From: Squalus acanthias
Lineage: Eukaryota
DNA: 64,000 nucleotides
Reading direction: 5' to 3'
Assembly (NCBI GenBank): GCA_030390025.1
Contig: CM059432.1
Coordinates: forward strand, 56,236,001 to 56,300,000
Position numbers and translations under genes: made by a program. The notes under the pieces are model-generated. The model saw only the letters and a list, made by a program, of their open reading frames with translations, was not told where the DNA came from and did no database searches. Shown piece by piece: positions 35,150 to 47,431 of this stretch; position 1 is the stretch's first letter; every line of letters begins with the position of its first letter.

Positions 35150-38100
35150 GTTTTATTCGTTTATGGGATGTGGGCATCTCTGGTAAGGCCAGCATTTATT
35201 GCCCATTCCTAATTGCCCTTGAGAAGGTGGTGGTGAGCCGCCGCCTTGAACCGCTGCTGTCCGTGTGGTGAAGGTACTCCCACATTGCTGTTAGGTAGGG
35301 AGTTCCAAGATTTTGACCCAGCGACTATGACGGATCAGCGATATACTTCTGAGTCAGGATGGTGTGCGACTTGGAGGGGAACTTGGAGGTGGTGGTGTTC
35401 CCATGCGCCTGCTGCCCTTATCCTTCTAGGTGGAAGAGGTCGCAGGTTTGGGAGGTGCTGCCGAAGAAGCTTTGGCGAGTTGCTGCAGTGCATCTTGTAG
35501 AGGGTACACACTGCAGCCACAGTACGCTGGTGGTGGAGGGAGTGAATGTTTAAGGTGGTGGATGGGGTGCCAATCAAGCGGGCTACTTTGTCCTGGATGG
35601 TGTCGAGCTTCTTGAGTGTTGTTGGAGCTGCACTCATCCAGGCAAGTGGAGAGTGTTCCATCATACTCCTTACTTGTGCCTTGTAGATGGTGGAAAGGCT
35701 TTGGGGAGTCAGGAGGTGAGACACTCGCCGCAGAATACCTAGCCTCTGACCTGCTCTTGTTGCCACAGTATTTATGTGGCTGGTCCAGTTAAGTTTCTGG
35801 TCAATGGTAACCCCCAGGATGTTGATGGTGGGGGATTTGGCAATGGAAATACCGTTGAATGTCAAGGGGCGGTGGTTAGACTCTCGCTTGTTGGAGATAG
35901 TCATTGCCTGGCACTTCTGTGGCGTGAATGTTACCTGCCACTTATCAGCCCAAGCCTGAACGTCGTCCAGGTCTTGTTGCATGCGGGCACGGACTGCTTC
36001 ATTATCTGAGGAGTTGTGAATGGCGTTGAACACTGTGCAGTCATCAGCAAACATCTCCATTTCTGACCTTATGTTGGAGGGAAGGTCATTGATGAAGCAG
36101 CTGAAGATGGTTGGGCCTAGGACACTGCCCTGAGGAACCCCTGCAGTGATGTCCTGGGGCTGTGATGATTGACCATCAACCACCTCAACCATCTTCCTTT
36201 GTGCTGGGTATGACCCCAGCCAGTGGAGCGTTTCCCCCCCGATTCCCATTGACTTCAGTTATACTAGGGCTCCTTGATGCCACACTCGGTCAAATGCTGC
36301 CTTGATGTCAAGGGCAGTCACTCTCATCTCCCCTCTGGAATTCAGCTCCTTTTGTCCATGTTTGGACCAAGGCTGTATTGAGGTCGGGGGCCGAGTGGTC
36401 TTGGCGGAACCCAAACTGGGCATCAGTGAGCAGGTTATTGGTGAGTAAGTGCTGCTTGATAGCACTGTCGATGACACCTTCCATCACTTTGCTGATGATT
36501 GAGAGTAGACTGATGGGGCGGTAATTGGCCGGATTGGATTTGTCCTGCTTTTTGTGGACAGGACATACCTGGGCAATTTTCCACATTGTTGGATAGATGC
36601 CAGTGTTGTAGCTGTACTGGAACAGCTTGGCTAGAGGCGCGGCTAGTTCTGGAGCACAAGTCTTCAGCACGACTGCCGGGATGTTGTCGGGGCCCATAGC
36701 CTTTGCTGTATCCAGTGCGCTGAGCCGTTTCTTGATATCACGTGGAGTGAATCGAATTGGCTGAAGACTGGCTTCTGTGATGATGGGGACCTCTGGAGTA
36801 GACCGATATGGATCATCCACTCGGCACTTCTGGCCGAAGATGGTTGCAAATGCTTCAGCCTTGTCTTTTGTTCCACCATCATTGAGGATGGGGCGATTCA
36901 TGGAGCCTCCTCCTCCTGTTGTTTAATGGTCCACCACCATTCATGACTGGATGTGGCAGGACTGCAGAGTTTTGATCTGATCCGTTGATTGTGGGATCGC
37001 TTAGCCCTGTCTATAGCATGCTGCTTCTGCTTTTCAGCATGCATGTAGTCCTGTGTTGCAGCTTCTCCCTGTTGGCACTTCATTTTTTGGTACGGCTGGT
37101 GCTGCTCCTGGCATGCTCTTCTACACTCCTTATTGAACGAAGGTTGGTCCCCTGGCTTGATGGTAATGGTAGAGTGAGGGATATGCGGGGCCATGAGGTT
37201 ACAGATTGTGGTGGAATACAATTCTGCTGCTGCTGATGGCCCGCAGTGCCTCATGGATGCCCAGTTTTGAGCTGCTAGATCTGTGCTGAATCTATTCCAT
37301 TTAACACGGTGGTAGTGGCACACAACACGATGGAGGGTGTCCTCATTGTGAAGACGGGACTTCGTCTCCACAATGACTGTGCTGTGGTCACTGCTACCAA
37401 TACTGTCATGAACAGATGTATCTGCGACAGGTAGATTGGTGAGGACGAGGTCAAGTAAGTTTTTTCCCTTGTGTTGGTTCTCTCGCCACCTGTCGCAGGC
37501 CCAGACTGACAGCTATATCTTGCAGGACTCGGTCAGTAGTGGTGCTACCGAGCTACACTTGGTGATGGACATTGAAGTCACCCACCCAGAGTATATTCTT
37601 GCTACTCTCAGTGCTTCTTCCAAGTGGTGTTCAACATGGCGGAGTACTGATTCATCAGCTGAGGGAGGGCGGTAGGTGGTAGTCAGCAGGAGGTTTCCTT
37701 CCCCTTGCTTGACCTGAAGCCATGAGACTTTATGGGGTCCGGAGTCAATGTTAAGGACTCCGAGGGCCACTCCTTCCTGACTGTAGACCACTGTGCCGCC
37801 ACCCCTGGTGGGTCTGTCCTGCCAGTGGATCGTGATGGAGGAGTTTGGGACATTGGCTGGAAGGCATGATTATGTCAGGCTTGACTAGTCTGTGCGACCG
37901 CTCTCCCAATTTTGGCACAAGTCCCCAAACGCTGGTGAGGAGGACTTTGCAGGGTTGACTGGGCTGGGTGTGCCATTGCCGAGGTCGTCCGTCCAGTTTC
38001 ATTATTGTGTTTCGTAGCGGTTTGTTACATATAAGGAGTCACATATAAGGACATTAGTGAACCAGATGGGTTTTTACGACATTCCGATAGTTTCATGGTC

Positions 38101-38232
38101 ACCATTACTGCTACTAGCTTTTTATTCCAGATTTATTTAACTGAATTTAAATTCCCCAGCTGCCGTGGTGGGATTTGAACTCGCGTCTCTGGATTATTAG
38201 CCCAGTGACATTACCACTATGCTACCATCCCC
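35150..38232 (-). mobile_element. Near-full-length LINE (second family, CR1/L2-group) with tRNA-derived 5' head and a single APE-RT ORF
   Basis: Head 38232-~38035 with A and B boxes; APE fragments (TTYRPPSADES); RT in 36308-36901 and 35335-36249 ([33 protein letters not shown]); tail gggcaattaggaatgggcaataaatgctggcc. Confidence 0.9.
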
Positions 38233-39314
38233 AGTGCAGTTGTAAAAAAAAATGTTCAGGGTGAGAACAAGTTCATCTAGGTGGAAGAGTGGCCTGAAGA
38301 AGGGGACTGGTTGGGTACCTATTCAAGAAAGAAATGGAGGCTGGAAGCCTGTCCTGAAAAAGAGTGGAGATGTAGAGGATTGTGCATCCAAGGTAAAATA
38401 ATTGGGGCTGTTGGAGAACCTGAAATTGACAAAACAGCCATTGGCATCAGAGGAATCATGGATATAAGTAAGTACTGAACAAAGGGAGCAACCAGACAAG
38501 AGCAATCATGAACTCTGGTCACTGAACATTTGCCAGCCAGGAGTCCAGAGTACACTGCTGAGTGGTGGGTAGATCTGTTAACTGTTGCCAGATCATCCAT
38601 GGTACCTCCTTTTGAGGCATACCACCATGAGAGCAAGTCCACAACAACAGAAAATGTCATCCAAGAAGGCAGATGTTATCTCTTGAACAATCCCACACCA
38701 ATCCTTCTAACACTATGTGGAAGGAAGTGTTTACCTGCTTCAGCAGCCCATTGACTATATCCATGCTCGTGTGAAATCTGGGAATACCCTGATGTACATT
38801 TACATGTTGATACCACATAATCTGTAATTGAACTGGGTTCATTTGGCAGAGCAGATTGACTCTCCAGTTGATCTGCTTGCCACACTGATGTACAAATGGT
38901 AACTCTCCTCCATGCGGTAGTCATTTACAACTCCCATGAGCCCTCTGAATTCTTTCCCTGGTGGTTTAGGGGCAGCAGTCATTTCTCCTGTGACTGAGTT
39001 GGTCCACTATGGTATGGGTCCTGCCAATGCTCAATTTTTTTTCATAAATCTTGTAAATAAGATTGCAAATTTCCATTCTGTAATTATGGATGCTTATAGA
39101 TGTGGATATTGTATTGCTGTTTAATCACTCTTTATCGTCACAAAATGCTTGTCTTGCTCAAAACTTATGGTAGAGTACAAACTGTGCAGGGATTTTTATT
39201 TTCCTACTCAACTGGTCATTTCTAGCTACTATCTGTTTTGTATTGTAGCTAGGTGAGCTGCATTTTACAGTATTATTTAACAATTAATTGGTGCATACAT
39301 TTTTTTTATTATAA

Positions 39315-39490
39315 GTACTTTTTTCTCTGCAAACAAGGTTGAGGAGATGCAGGCCTCGACATTCCTGTTGTCATCGGAATGAACATTTTTACCTTTCTGA
39401 GAAATTTCATAGCTCCTGAAAAGAGTGCAAATCGAACTTTAAAAGACCTGGTGGAAATTTTGTGATGCCATTTTAACCCAAGACCAAATC
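39315..39490 (+). mobile_element. Gypsy/Ty3 LTR-retrotransposon gag N-terminal fragment
   Basis: Frameshifted translation FSANKVEEMQASTF...LRNFIAPEKSANRTLKDLVEIL*CHFNPRP resembles fish Gypsy gag N-termini. Confidence 0.55.
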
Positions 39491-39519
39491 CCTGGAAGAA
39501 TTAAGAAAACTGAGTATTG

Positions 39520-39970
39520 TAAGGATTATTTAGATAAATAATTAGTGGTGCCCCAGGGATTATTTATAGTGAAAATTATCCCAGGAGCACCACTAGTCAT
39601 TGCTCTCAAATACAAGAATATCCGAATCCTTTGCTTCCTACCACTTAACCAATTTTCTGTCCACGCAATGAGATTGTCTCCAGTTTCATGCGCCTGAACT
39701 CTATGCAATTCCAAATGCTCACGTACTCAATTGCCCATAATGAATTCTAGGAAATTTCCCACTACTGTCATTAATTTCACTGACACGTAGTTACTTGATA
39801 TGCCCCTTTCAAAAAATATATATATTTGTAACGGTTGTTGCTTTCCAAGCTTCTGGCATTGTCCCTGAATCAAGTAAGCTTTAGAATGTTATAACTCATT
39901 GATTCCCAGGTTCCTCACCTATTCAATACCCTTGGGTGCAAGCTCTTTGGGTCTGGAGATTTGGTTATCT
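39520..39970 (-). mobile_element. Old CR1 RT fragment
   Basis: ORF 39526-39714 (AHETGDNLIAWTENWLSGRKQRI). Confidence 0.6.
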
Positions 39971-40539
39971 AACGTAGAAGGTTTTAACACTATTAATTGG
40001 AATATTTTTCAACCTGATATACTAGATGTGACCCACCTGGGACCTTTTAAGATCACTGGCTTGAATCAGAAATGTAGAGGTAGAAGACAGCATTTGGTGT
40101 GTGCTATGGTTGCGTTGCAATGGATTTCAGTGGAACAAAGCAGGGTAGAGGTTTGTGTTGCTGAGCTACAAATTAGCTATTTCTGTACAGCAATGAGAAA
40201 AAGATGTGTTGCAAACAATCTGAACCTTTTAAATTTATATGTGAAGTTAATTTGCTTCATGTTTGCTTCAATTTATCCCTTGTGTGGTGCTTGTGTTTCA
40301 AATGATGAATTTGCTGCTGAAAAATGTTGGATGTTCTTTACTTACTTGTAGGGTGACCAGAAGTGTCTGGGTGCAGTTGAAGATTTGGTATCGCTTTTAC
40401 TCCAGCAACAGCCAAGAGCACGGACTGTGTAACTCATTGATATCGGATCTTGGCCACTTAGTCACTGGAGATAGGCTTTGAGACTAGCCTTCATGATTTC
40501 CTCTTGAAGCAGGAAGAGTGAGGCTCAGCTTGAAAAGAT

Positions 40540-40876
40540 AGACTTGCATTTATATAGCGCCTATCATGATCACCGGACGTCCTATTGCGCTTTACAGCCA
40601 ATGAAGTACTTCTTGAAGTGTAGTCACTGTTTTAATGTAGGAAACACGGCAACCAATTTGCGCGCAGCAAGATCCCACAAACAGCAATGTGATCATGACC
40701 AGACAGTCTTTTTTAGTAATGTTGATTGAGGGATAAATATTGGCCAGGACACTGGGGATAACTTCCCCTGCTCTTCTTCGAAATGGTGCCATGTGATCTT
40801 TTACATCCACCTGAGAGCAGACGGGGTTTAACGTCTCATCCGAAAGACGGCACCTCTGACAGTGCAGCACTCCCTA
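40540..40876 (-). mobile_element. Deu-SINE (SacSINE1-like), 5' head missing
   Basis: Collinear with 3430-3770 (acttgcatttatatagcgcc...ggccaggacactgggga...ccacctgagagcagacgggg...gacagtgcagcactccct). Confidence 0.85.
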
Positions 40877-41615
40877 GATGTGTGTGCACAGTACTGTGGT
40901 CAGAAAGGCACTCAACTGCATGATTTATCAATTCCCTGCTTTTGGCCTTTTCTGGGTCATGGAGGTCATTAGGAGCTGGGACTGGCCTCACAAACTCCAC
41001 TGCCTCCAAACCAGCATTATGCCTGCTCCAGAGGGTCTCTGTAGGTTGTGCATTTGTATGGTTCTGTGTCTTAACTGTGAGAGTTGCGTTTCTTGGCTGG
41101 GCAATGCCTAAAGTCTCTTCTGACTAATGTATGGATAGAGCACATGTGGAGCATGTGACAATTTGAGTCAGTTGTGCACGATTTCTGCTTAGATCTGAGG
41201 AGGTGCTAGGTATTGTGGGGCCCTGTTTCTGTTGACCTGCTTTGCCTCACCCCCAAAGCTGAAGAGGACCGAACAACAACTGGAGATGCCGCAACGCCCC
41301 ACTTGCCACCCATACATGTCTGAGCCATGCATGATCCCAACCTACATCATTTTGCTCAATTTGAGCCTTGTGGCAAGGAAGACCTTGACACTTGCAATGC
41401 AGGGATAGTGTAGAGGAGGTATAATTACCCAAATGTTTTACGATCCTGTGCAAGTTTATAGACTAGAAGGTAGCCATTTGGGCCATCATGACTGTGTTTG
41501 GTCTTTCTGTCTGCGTATCTGAATGAATTGTGACTGGTAATGGTTCTTGTTTAATGTAAATTTTACTGAACTCAATGACTGTTTAATTTTGTTAATAAGT
41601 GGCTTGGGAACATAG

Positions 41616-41816
<201 letters not shown>

Positions 41817-42079
41817 TAATGCACTATAGAGTTATAGTATATGTGACTTTTTTATATTGAAACTTGATTTTTTTTTTGAAGTTGGAAGATAAGCATTGCA
41901 TTAGAAAAAGTTGAGGGTAAAATATTAGAGACATTTAGCCAAACTTTAATGCAAAATAATTCACTCTTCATTTCAGCCATCTTTTACATACCATAGAGAT
42001 TTGGCAAAGCTTGATTTGGTTTTGGGGAAACGATATGTAAAGCTTGATTTATACATAATTGAGCAGATAAATCAATATT

Positions 42080-42757
42080 GGGCCATAATTTGCGGTCCCT
42101 AAGGGTGCGTATGCGCCCGCAGGGGCCGCACAAGTCCCAGGTTTAGGTCTGCGCTGCGCATGCGCTAAAACCTGGAACTTACGATCTGTCAAGAATTTTC
42201 TTGACGGATCATCCGCATCCCCAGGAAAAGGGCCTCTGCGGGCGGAGAGTTGGGCTATTTGCCAACTTCTGCCCAGTGAATGCCCGTGAAATTCTTACAC
42301 CTGGTAAAAGCAGGCATAAGGCCTGCTTTTACCAGCATAAAAGTTTAAAAAAAACAGAAAAATAAAATTTTATCAATTTATACATTTAAAAACTTGTTAA
42401 ATAAGGCAAGTTTATTTTTAGCCCCTTTAAAATGTAAATTTATTTTTCAAAAAATTAAATTGTTTTTTAATTAAATGCCATTTTTATTAATTTTAAATGT
42501 GATTTAAAAAAAATAAAAATTATTTGATGTCTAGGTGTATTTTTTGGGGTATTCCCATTCATGCTTATGGGGTTTCCATACATACAAAATCCCCATAAGT
42601 ATGAATGGGGATTCGCTTCTGTCATTCGTTGGTCTGGCCCACGTAATCCCAGGGGCGCTTGCGAACTGCATGCTCCCCTGGGATACGTGGGCCTCTGCCC
42701 GCGCGTACCTGGGGAGCCCCAGGACCACGAGTTTCCTGCGACCTCAAATTCAGGGCC
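42080..42757. mobile_element. Non-autonomous Harbinger-like MITE with multiple internal hairpins
   Basis: Imperfect TIRs gggccataatttgcggtc / gacctcaaattcagggcc; ATT on both flanks (42077-79, 42758-60); at least five internal palindromes. Confidence 0.8.
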
Positions 42758-42965
42758 ATTGTAGTAAAAACTGCATCAATATACAGATGTTCATAGAATG
42801 TTGCATACAAACATACAAAATTGATGGGCCGGAAAAGACCAGCTGGTTCATCTAGCCTGCTCCACACCTCACGATGGCTGGAGCATCGTGACTAGACACC
42901 TTTCTCTCCTTTTATTGCCTACGTTGCATTTAGATGTGGTCAGTTTACTTGTTGCTTTATTCAAT

Positions 42966-43742
42966 GGCCTGGAATTTGCCGTCAACGGCATAGCAAAGGC
43001 CTTCGTCGCTGGCCCCGTAGTAAGCTTTGCACAAAGATCTCGCGATCTCTGTGTCGAAGTTCGAGTTTTCCAACGTGTAATTAAAATCAACGGAGTTTAG
43101 TGGGGATAGCCTAGTGTGAGCTGCTGCGACGTCAACAAGCTGTCTAAGCAGCCAATCAAAATGCAGAGTTCTCACAGACAGCGAACATGGAAGTGGGTAA
43201 GCTCTTAAAATTCTAACTTATTAAAAATGTTACAGAACAAAACAAAGATTGGGGCTCTCACATGGGGAAAAGGCAAACCTGAAATGAAGATGAACAAACT
43301 TTTAAAAAAAAATAAAAGCATTTTTTTTGAAGTTTCTTAAAAATTTAAATGATTAAAATGGTTAAATTTGACATTGCACAAAATTAAAATTAGTTTTTCA
43401 GGGCCATAACATTTGTTTAACAGTCAATACGCCTAATCCCTTGAGGTCTAACTTTTAGTGTGGAATTTAACAGCGTAATTACTGCAGAAGAGCCAAAGTG
43501 TTCATCAGTTTCCCTGATTTGAACAATTACACTGATTTTGCTGGCTCTGTGGTGGGGGGGGGGGCTGGGTGTGTGGGGGGGGCGGTGGTGGTGCACAGCG
43601 CAGCCTGTGTTGGAGCAGTGAATGACGGACCGCAACTTCAGGATTTGGCACATGCGGAATCCTGAAGTTGTGGTCAGTTTCAAAGGCGGAATGACGGCGA
43701 ACGCTACCAGTTCACCGTCATCTGGACCACAAATTCCGGGTC
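42966..43742. mobile_element. Second Harbinger-like MITE
   Basis: TIRs ggcctggaatttgccgtc / gaccacaaattccgggtc; internal hairpin gaccgcaacttcaggatt...aatcctgaagttgtggtc. No clean TSD. Confidence 0.7.
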
Positions 43743-43829
43743 ATAGATTGAATTCAACCAAGTCTATTTTATAGATTTAGCCATGGTGATGAATAAGTGA
43801 GCTGCAACTCGAACATAATGCAGATGTGA

Positions 43830-44381
43830 TGAGCTGATTTTAATTTGAGGCGCACAACGGCTGGTCGGTGGGCAGAGAGTGCCTGCTGCACATCCGTTGT
43901 TACCACTGTGAGGCACGTATTTCATTTACATGCAGCCTGTGATCTGCCGGTGCCAAAGTCGTGCCTTGAGGCAGCTTGCCAGCTGGAAAAGGCAGGAAAT
44001 CCACAGGATTGAGCCGGCAGGGAAACTGGGAAGGTGGAGGCAGGGTGAATAGCCTCACACAGGTCTGCAGCTGGTTGGAGTTTTCTTTTGTGGACACAGG
44101 AGAAGCACTCCTGCTCTTTCAGGCACCACAAAAATGGAAGTTTAAAAAAGAACAACTTTGGCTGTTTATTTGAGCAGTGTTTAGTGGTCCCTTCAAGGAT
44201 TTGCATATTAAAAGTGGCCTCCTGCCTGAAACTGGCAGCACTCTGGCCGTCCATTTCAGGACCCCAACCAAGATGGCAGAGGCTGGAGCACCAACGTAAA
44301 TGGGGCAGTAAGTGACCTATTGCCATTTTCGGATCAGTACCGCCCATTTACGCCAGGCAGAGGCGCTTAAAATTGACCCCC
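43830..44381. mobile_element. Third GC-rich MITE-like element
   Basis: Weak TIRs gagctgattttaa / ttaaaattgacccc; GC-rich flanks around an AT-rich centre, as in its two neighbours. Confidence 0.5.
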
Positions 44382-44675
44382 ATGTGTGGACTCACTTGTA
44401 ATGCCTTTATTATTGGGATTTAAATTAATCGGTTTGCTTTGAAGCCCTGTTCTGCACTCTAGAATAGCCTTTTCCGATGTAAAAGAAAGTGGCTCCTGAT
44501 GTAAATTGATAATTGGTTGTCAATACTATTCAGAATCTTAGAATGAAACATTCAAAATAAAAATGTGATTAAAACAAGTTCACTTTGTAGTAGCTTACAA
44601 ACTACAGCAAACATCTAAGGACTGTGAACCTTTTGCATTCTAGAGATGTTTTAAGTTACCACAGAAACTACTTCA

Positions 44676-46795
44676 ACAAAAGCAAAATACTGCAGATGCT
44701 GAAAATCTGAAATAAAAACAGAAAATGCTGGAAATACTCAACAGGTCAGGCAGCATCTGTGGAGAGAGAAATAGTTAACGTTTCAGGTCGATGATTCTTC
44801 ATCAGAACTGGAAAAAGTTGGAGATGGAACAGATTTTTAAGCAAGTGTAGGGGTAGGGGAGGCAAGAACAAAAGGGAAGGTCTGTGATAGGATGGAAGGC
44901 AGGAGAGATTAACAGACAAAAGGGATGATGGTGCAAGGCAAAAGGAGATGGTAATGGGACAAGTTTAAGAAACAAAAGATGACTCTAAATGAAGTGTAAA
45001 TGGTAATGGCAGAATGAGCGACAGCTGCCATGTGAGAGAGAAACATTTAAAAAAAAAAGATGGGGGCAGAGGTTATGGTTTGAAATTGTTGAACTTGTTG
45101 AGTCCAGAAGGCTGTAAAGTGCCTAATCGAAAGATGAGGTGCTGTTCTTTGAGCGTACGTTGAGCTTCATTGGAACAGTGTAAGAGGCCAAGGACGGAGA
45201 GGTCAGAGTGGGAGTGGAGCGGAGAATTAAAGTGACAGGCAGCTTGAAGCTCGGGGTCACCCTTACGGACTGAACGGAGGTGTTCCGCAAAATGGTCACC
45301 CAATCTGCGTTTGGTCTCGCCAATGTAGAGGAGACCGCATCGTGAGCAGCGCATACAGTATACTAAATTGCAAGAAGTACAAGTAAATCGCTGTTTCACC
45401 TGGAAGGAGTGTTTGGGGCCCTGGACAGTGGGAAGGGAGGAGGTAAAAGGGCATGTGTTGCATCTTCTGCGCTTGCACGTGAAGGTGCTGGGTGAAGGGG
45501 AAGGGGTGTTGGGGGTGATAGAGGAGTGGACCTGGTGTCGCGGAGGGAGCGGTCCCTTCGGAAGGCTGAAAGGGGAGGTGAGGGGAAGATGTGTTTGGTG
45601 GCGGAAATGGAGGAGGATGATCTGTTGAATGTGGAGGCTGGGGGGTTGAAAGGTGAGGACAAGGGGAACCCTATCATGGTTCCGGGAGGGGAAGGGGTGA
45701 GAGTAGAAGTGCGGGAAATAGAACAGACACGGTCAAGGGCCGTGTCAACCACAGTAGAGGGGAATCCTCGGTTGAGGAAAAAGGAAGACATGTCGGAAGC
45801 ACTGGTATGGAAGGTGGCATTGTCAGAGCAGATGCGGCGGAGACGGAGAAACTGGGAGAATGGAATAGAGTCCTTACAGGAGGCGGGGTGGGAGGAAGTG
45901 TAGTCCAGGTAGCTGTGGGAGTCGGTGGGCTTATAGTGAATGTTAGTCAATAACCTATCCCCAGAGATGGAGATGGAGAAGTCGAGGAAGGGAAGGGAAG
46001 AGTCGGAGATGGACCATGTGAAGGTGAGGGAAGGGTGGAAATTGGAAGCAAAGTGAATTAAATTTTCTAGTTCAGGGCGAGAGCAGGAAACTGTACCGAT
46101 ACAGTCATCAATGTACTGGGAAAAAGAGGTGAGGGAGGGGACCTGAGTAGGATGGAACAAAGAATGTTCCACATATCCCACGAAAAGGCAGGAATAGCTA
46201 GGACCGATGGGGGTTCCCATAGCAACACCTTTAATTTGGAGGAAGTGAGTGGACTCAAAGGAGAAGTTGTTCAATGTGAGAACAAGTTCAGCCAGGCGAA
46301 GGAGGGTGGTGGTGGAAGGGGCCTGGTTGGGCCTCTGTTCAAGGAAGAAGCGGAGTGCTCTCAGGCCATCCTGGTGGGGGATGAAAGTGTAGAGGGAGTG
46401 GACGTCCATAGTGAAAAGGAGACGATTGGGGCCAGGAAACTGGAAACTGTTTAAGTGGCGGAGGGTGTCGGAAGAGTCGTGGATGTAGGTGGGAAGAGAC
46501 AGGACAAGGGGAGAAAGAATAGAGTCGAGATAGGAAGAGATAAGTTCCGTGGGGCAAGAACAGGCTGAAATGATAGGTCTGCCAGGGCAGTCCTGTTTGT
46601 GGATCTTGGGAAGGAGATAGAAGCGGGCTGTGTGGGGTTGGGTAACTGAGAGGTTGGCGGCCGTGGAGGGAAGAACTCCAGATGGGATGAAGTCTGTGAC
46701 CGTCTTGGAAACGGTGGCTTGATGTTCGGTAGTGGGGTCATGGTCCAGGGGGAGGTCGGAGGAGGTGTCGGAGAGTTGGTGTTCAGCCTCCGCTG
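44676..46795 (-). mobile_element. Penelope-like retroelement (RT + GIY-YIG endonuclease + terminal repeat), 5'-truncated and frameshifted
   Basis: ORF 45396-46409 (MDVHSLYTFIP...QIKGVAMGT...YIDD...LPFLD...IHYKPTD) is a PLE RT. ORF 45073-45399 (NLVYCMRCSRCGLLYIGETKRRL) is a GIY-YIG endonuclease. Confidence 0.95.
44773..44809 (-). ncRNA. Minimal type-I hammerhead ribozyme motif in the Penelope terminal repeat
   Basis: Minus strand: AGUU-CUGAUGA-agaaucaucgaccu-GAAA-CGUU-AACU. Catalytic boxes are intact, stem I is AGUU/AACU, and a palindromic ACGU replaces helix III. Confidence 0.7.
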
Positions 46796-47431
46796 GAAAC
46801 TACTTGCCTGGTACTCCAGCTGGCAGATTTTACTGGCCCAGGTCATGGTATCTAAAACTATCACCAGTGTGTCCTTTTAATTGACCCAACCGATAGGTGT
46901 GTTGAGTAGAATAAGCAAATTGTCTGTTCTATCTCACCTGGGATAGCATGCTAAACCTTGCATTTGATCGAGTGACCTGGCTGATGATTAAGAAAACGTC
47001 TGTAGATAGTCATGGTGGATTGATTGACATGGCAGGGAGCTTTGGGAGGCAGCTGTCTGGTTGGTAAGCATTTTGAAACATACGTTACATGGTCTGCAAT
47101 ATTACTAGGGATTTTATTGTCAAGGGGAAAACTAATATGATTTATATCATGTCTGTGATCACAGGCAGAGGGGATAGCCTTCTGAACTAGTACTATTTCT
47201 TTCTCGTCACACCATTTCCGGAGTAAAGCTTAACTTGCTTGTCATTAGAAAAGACATAATGTGTGAAATGGCAAAATGATCCTGCTGTTACAAAACAGTA
47301 TATCCTCTGACTTCGAGCTGCAGGGAGAAAACTTGCAGTTATACACCTCCCATCCAAATACTACTTGCTCACTGTTCTGGGGATAAGCTCCCTGGAAAAT
47401 TTTGAATTTAAGAATTACAAAAATGATAACT

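Noticed and set aside
42080..43200. CpG-island promoter
   Set aside because: The CpG richness is confined within TIR-bounded MITEs, one of which has a second copy at ~26 kb.
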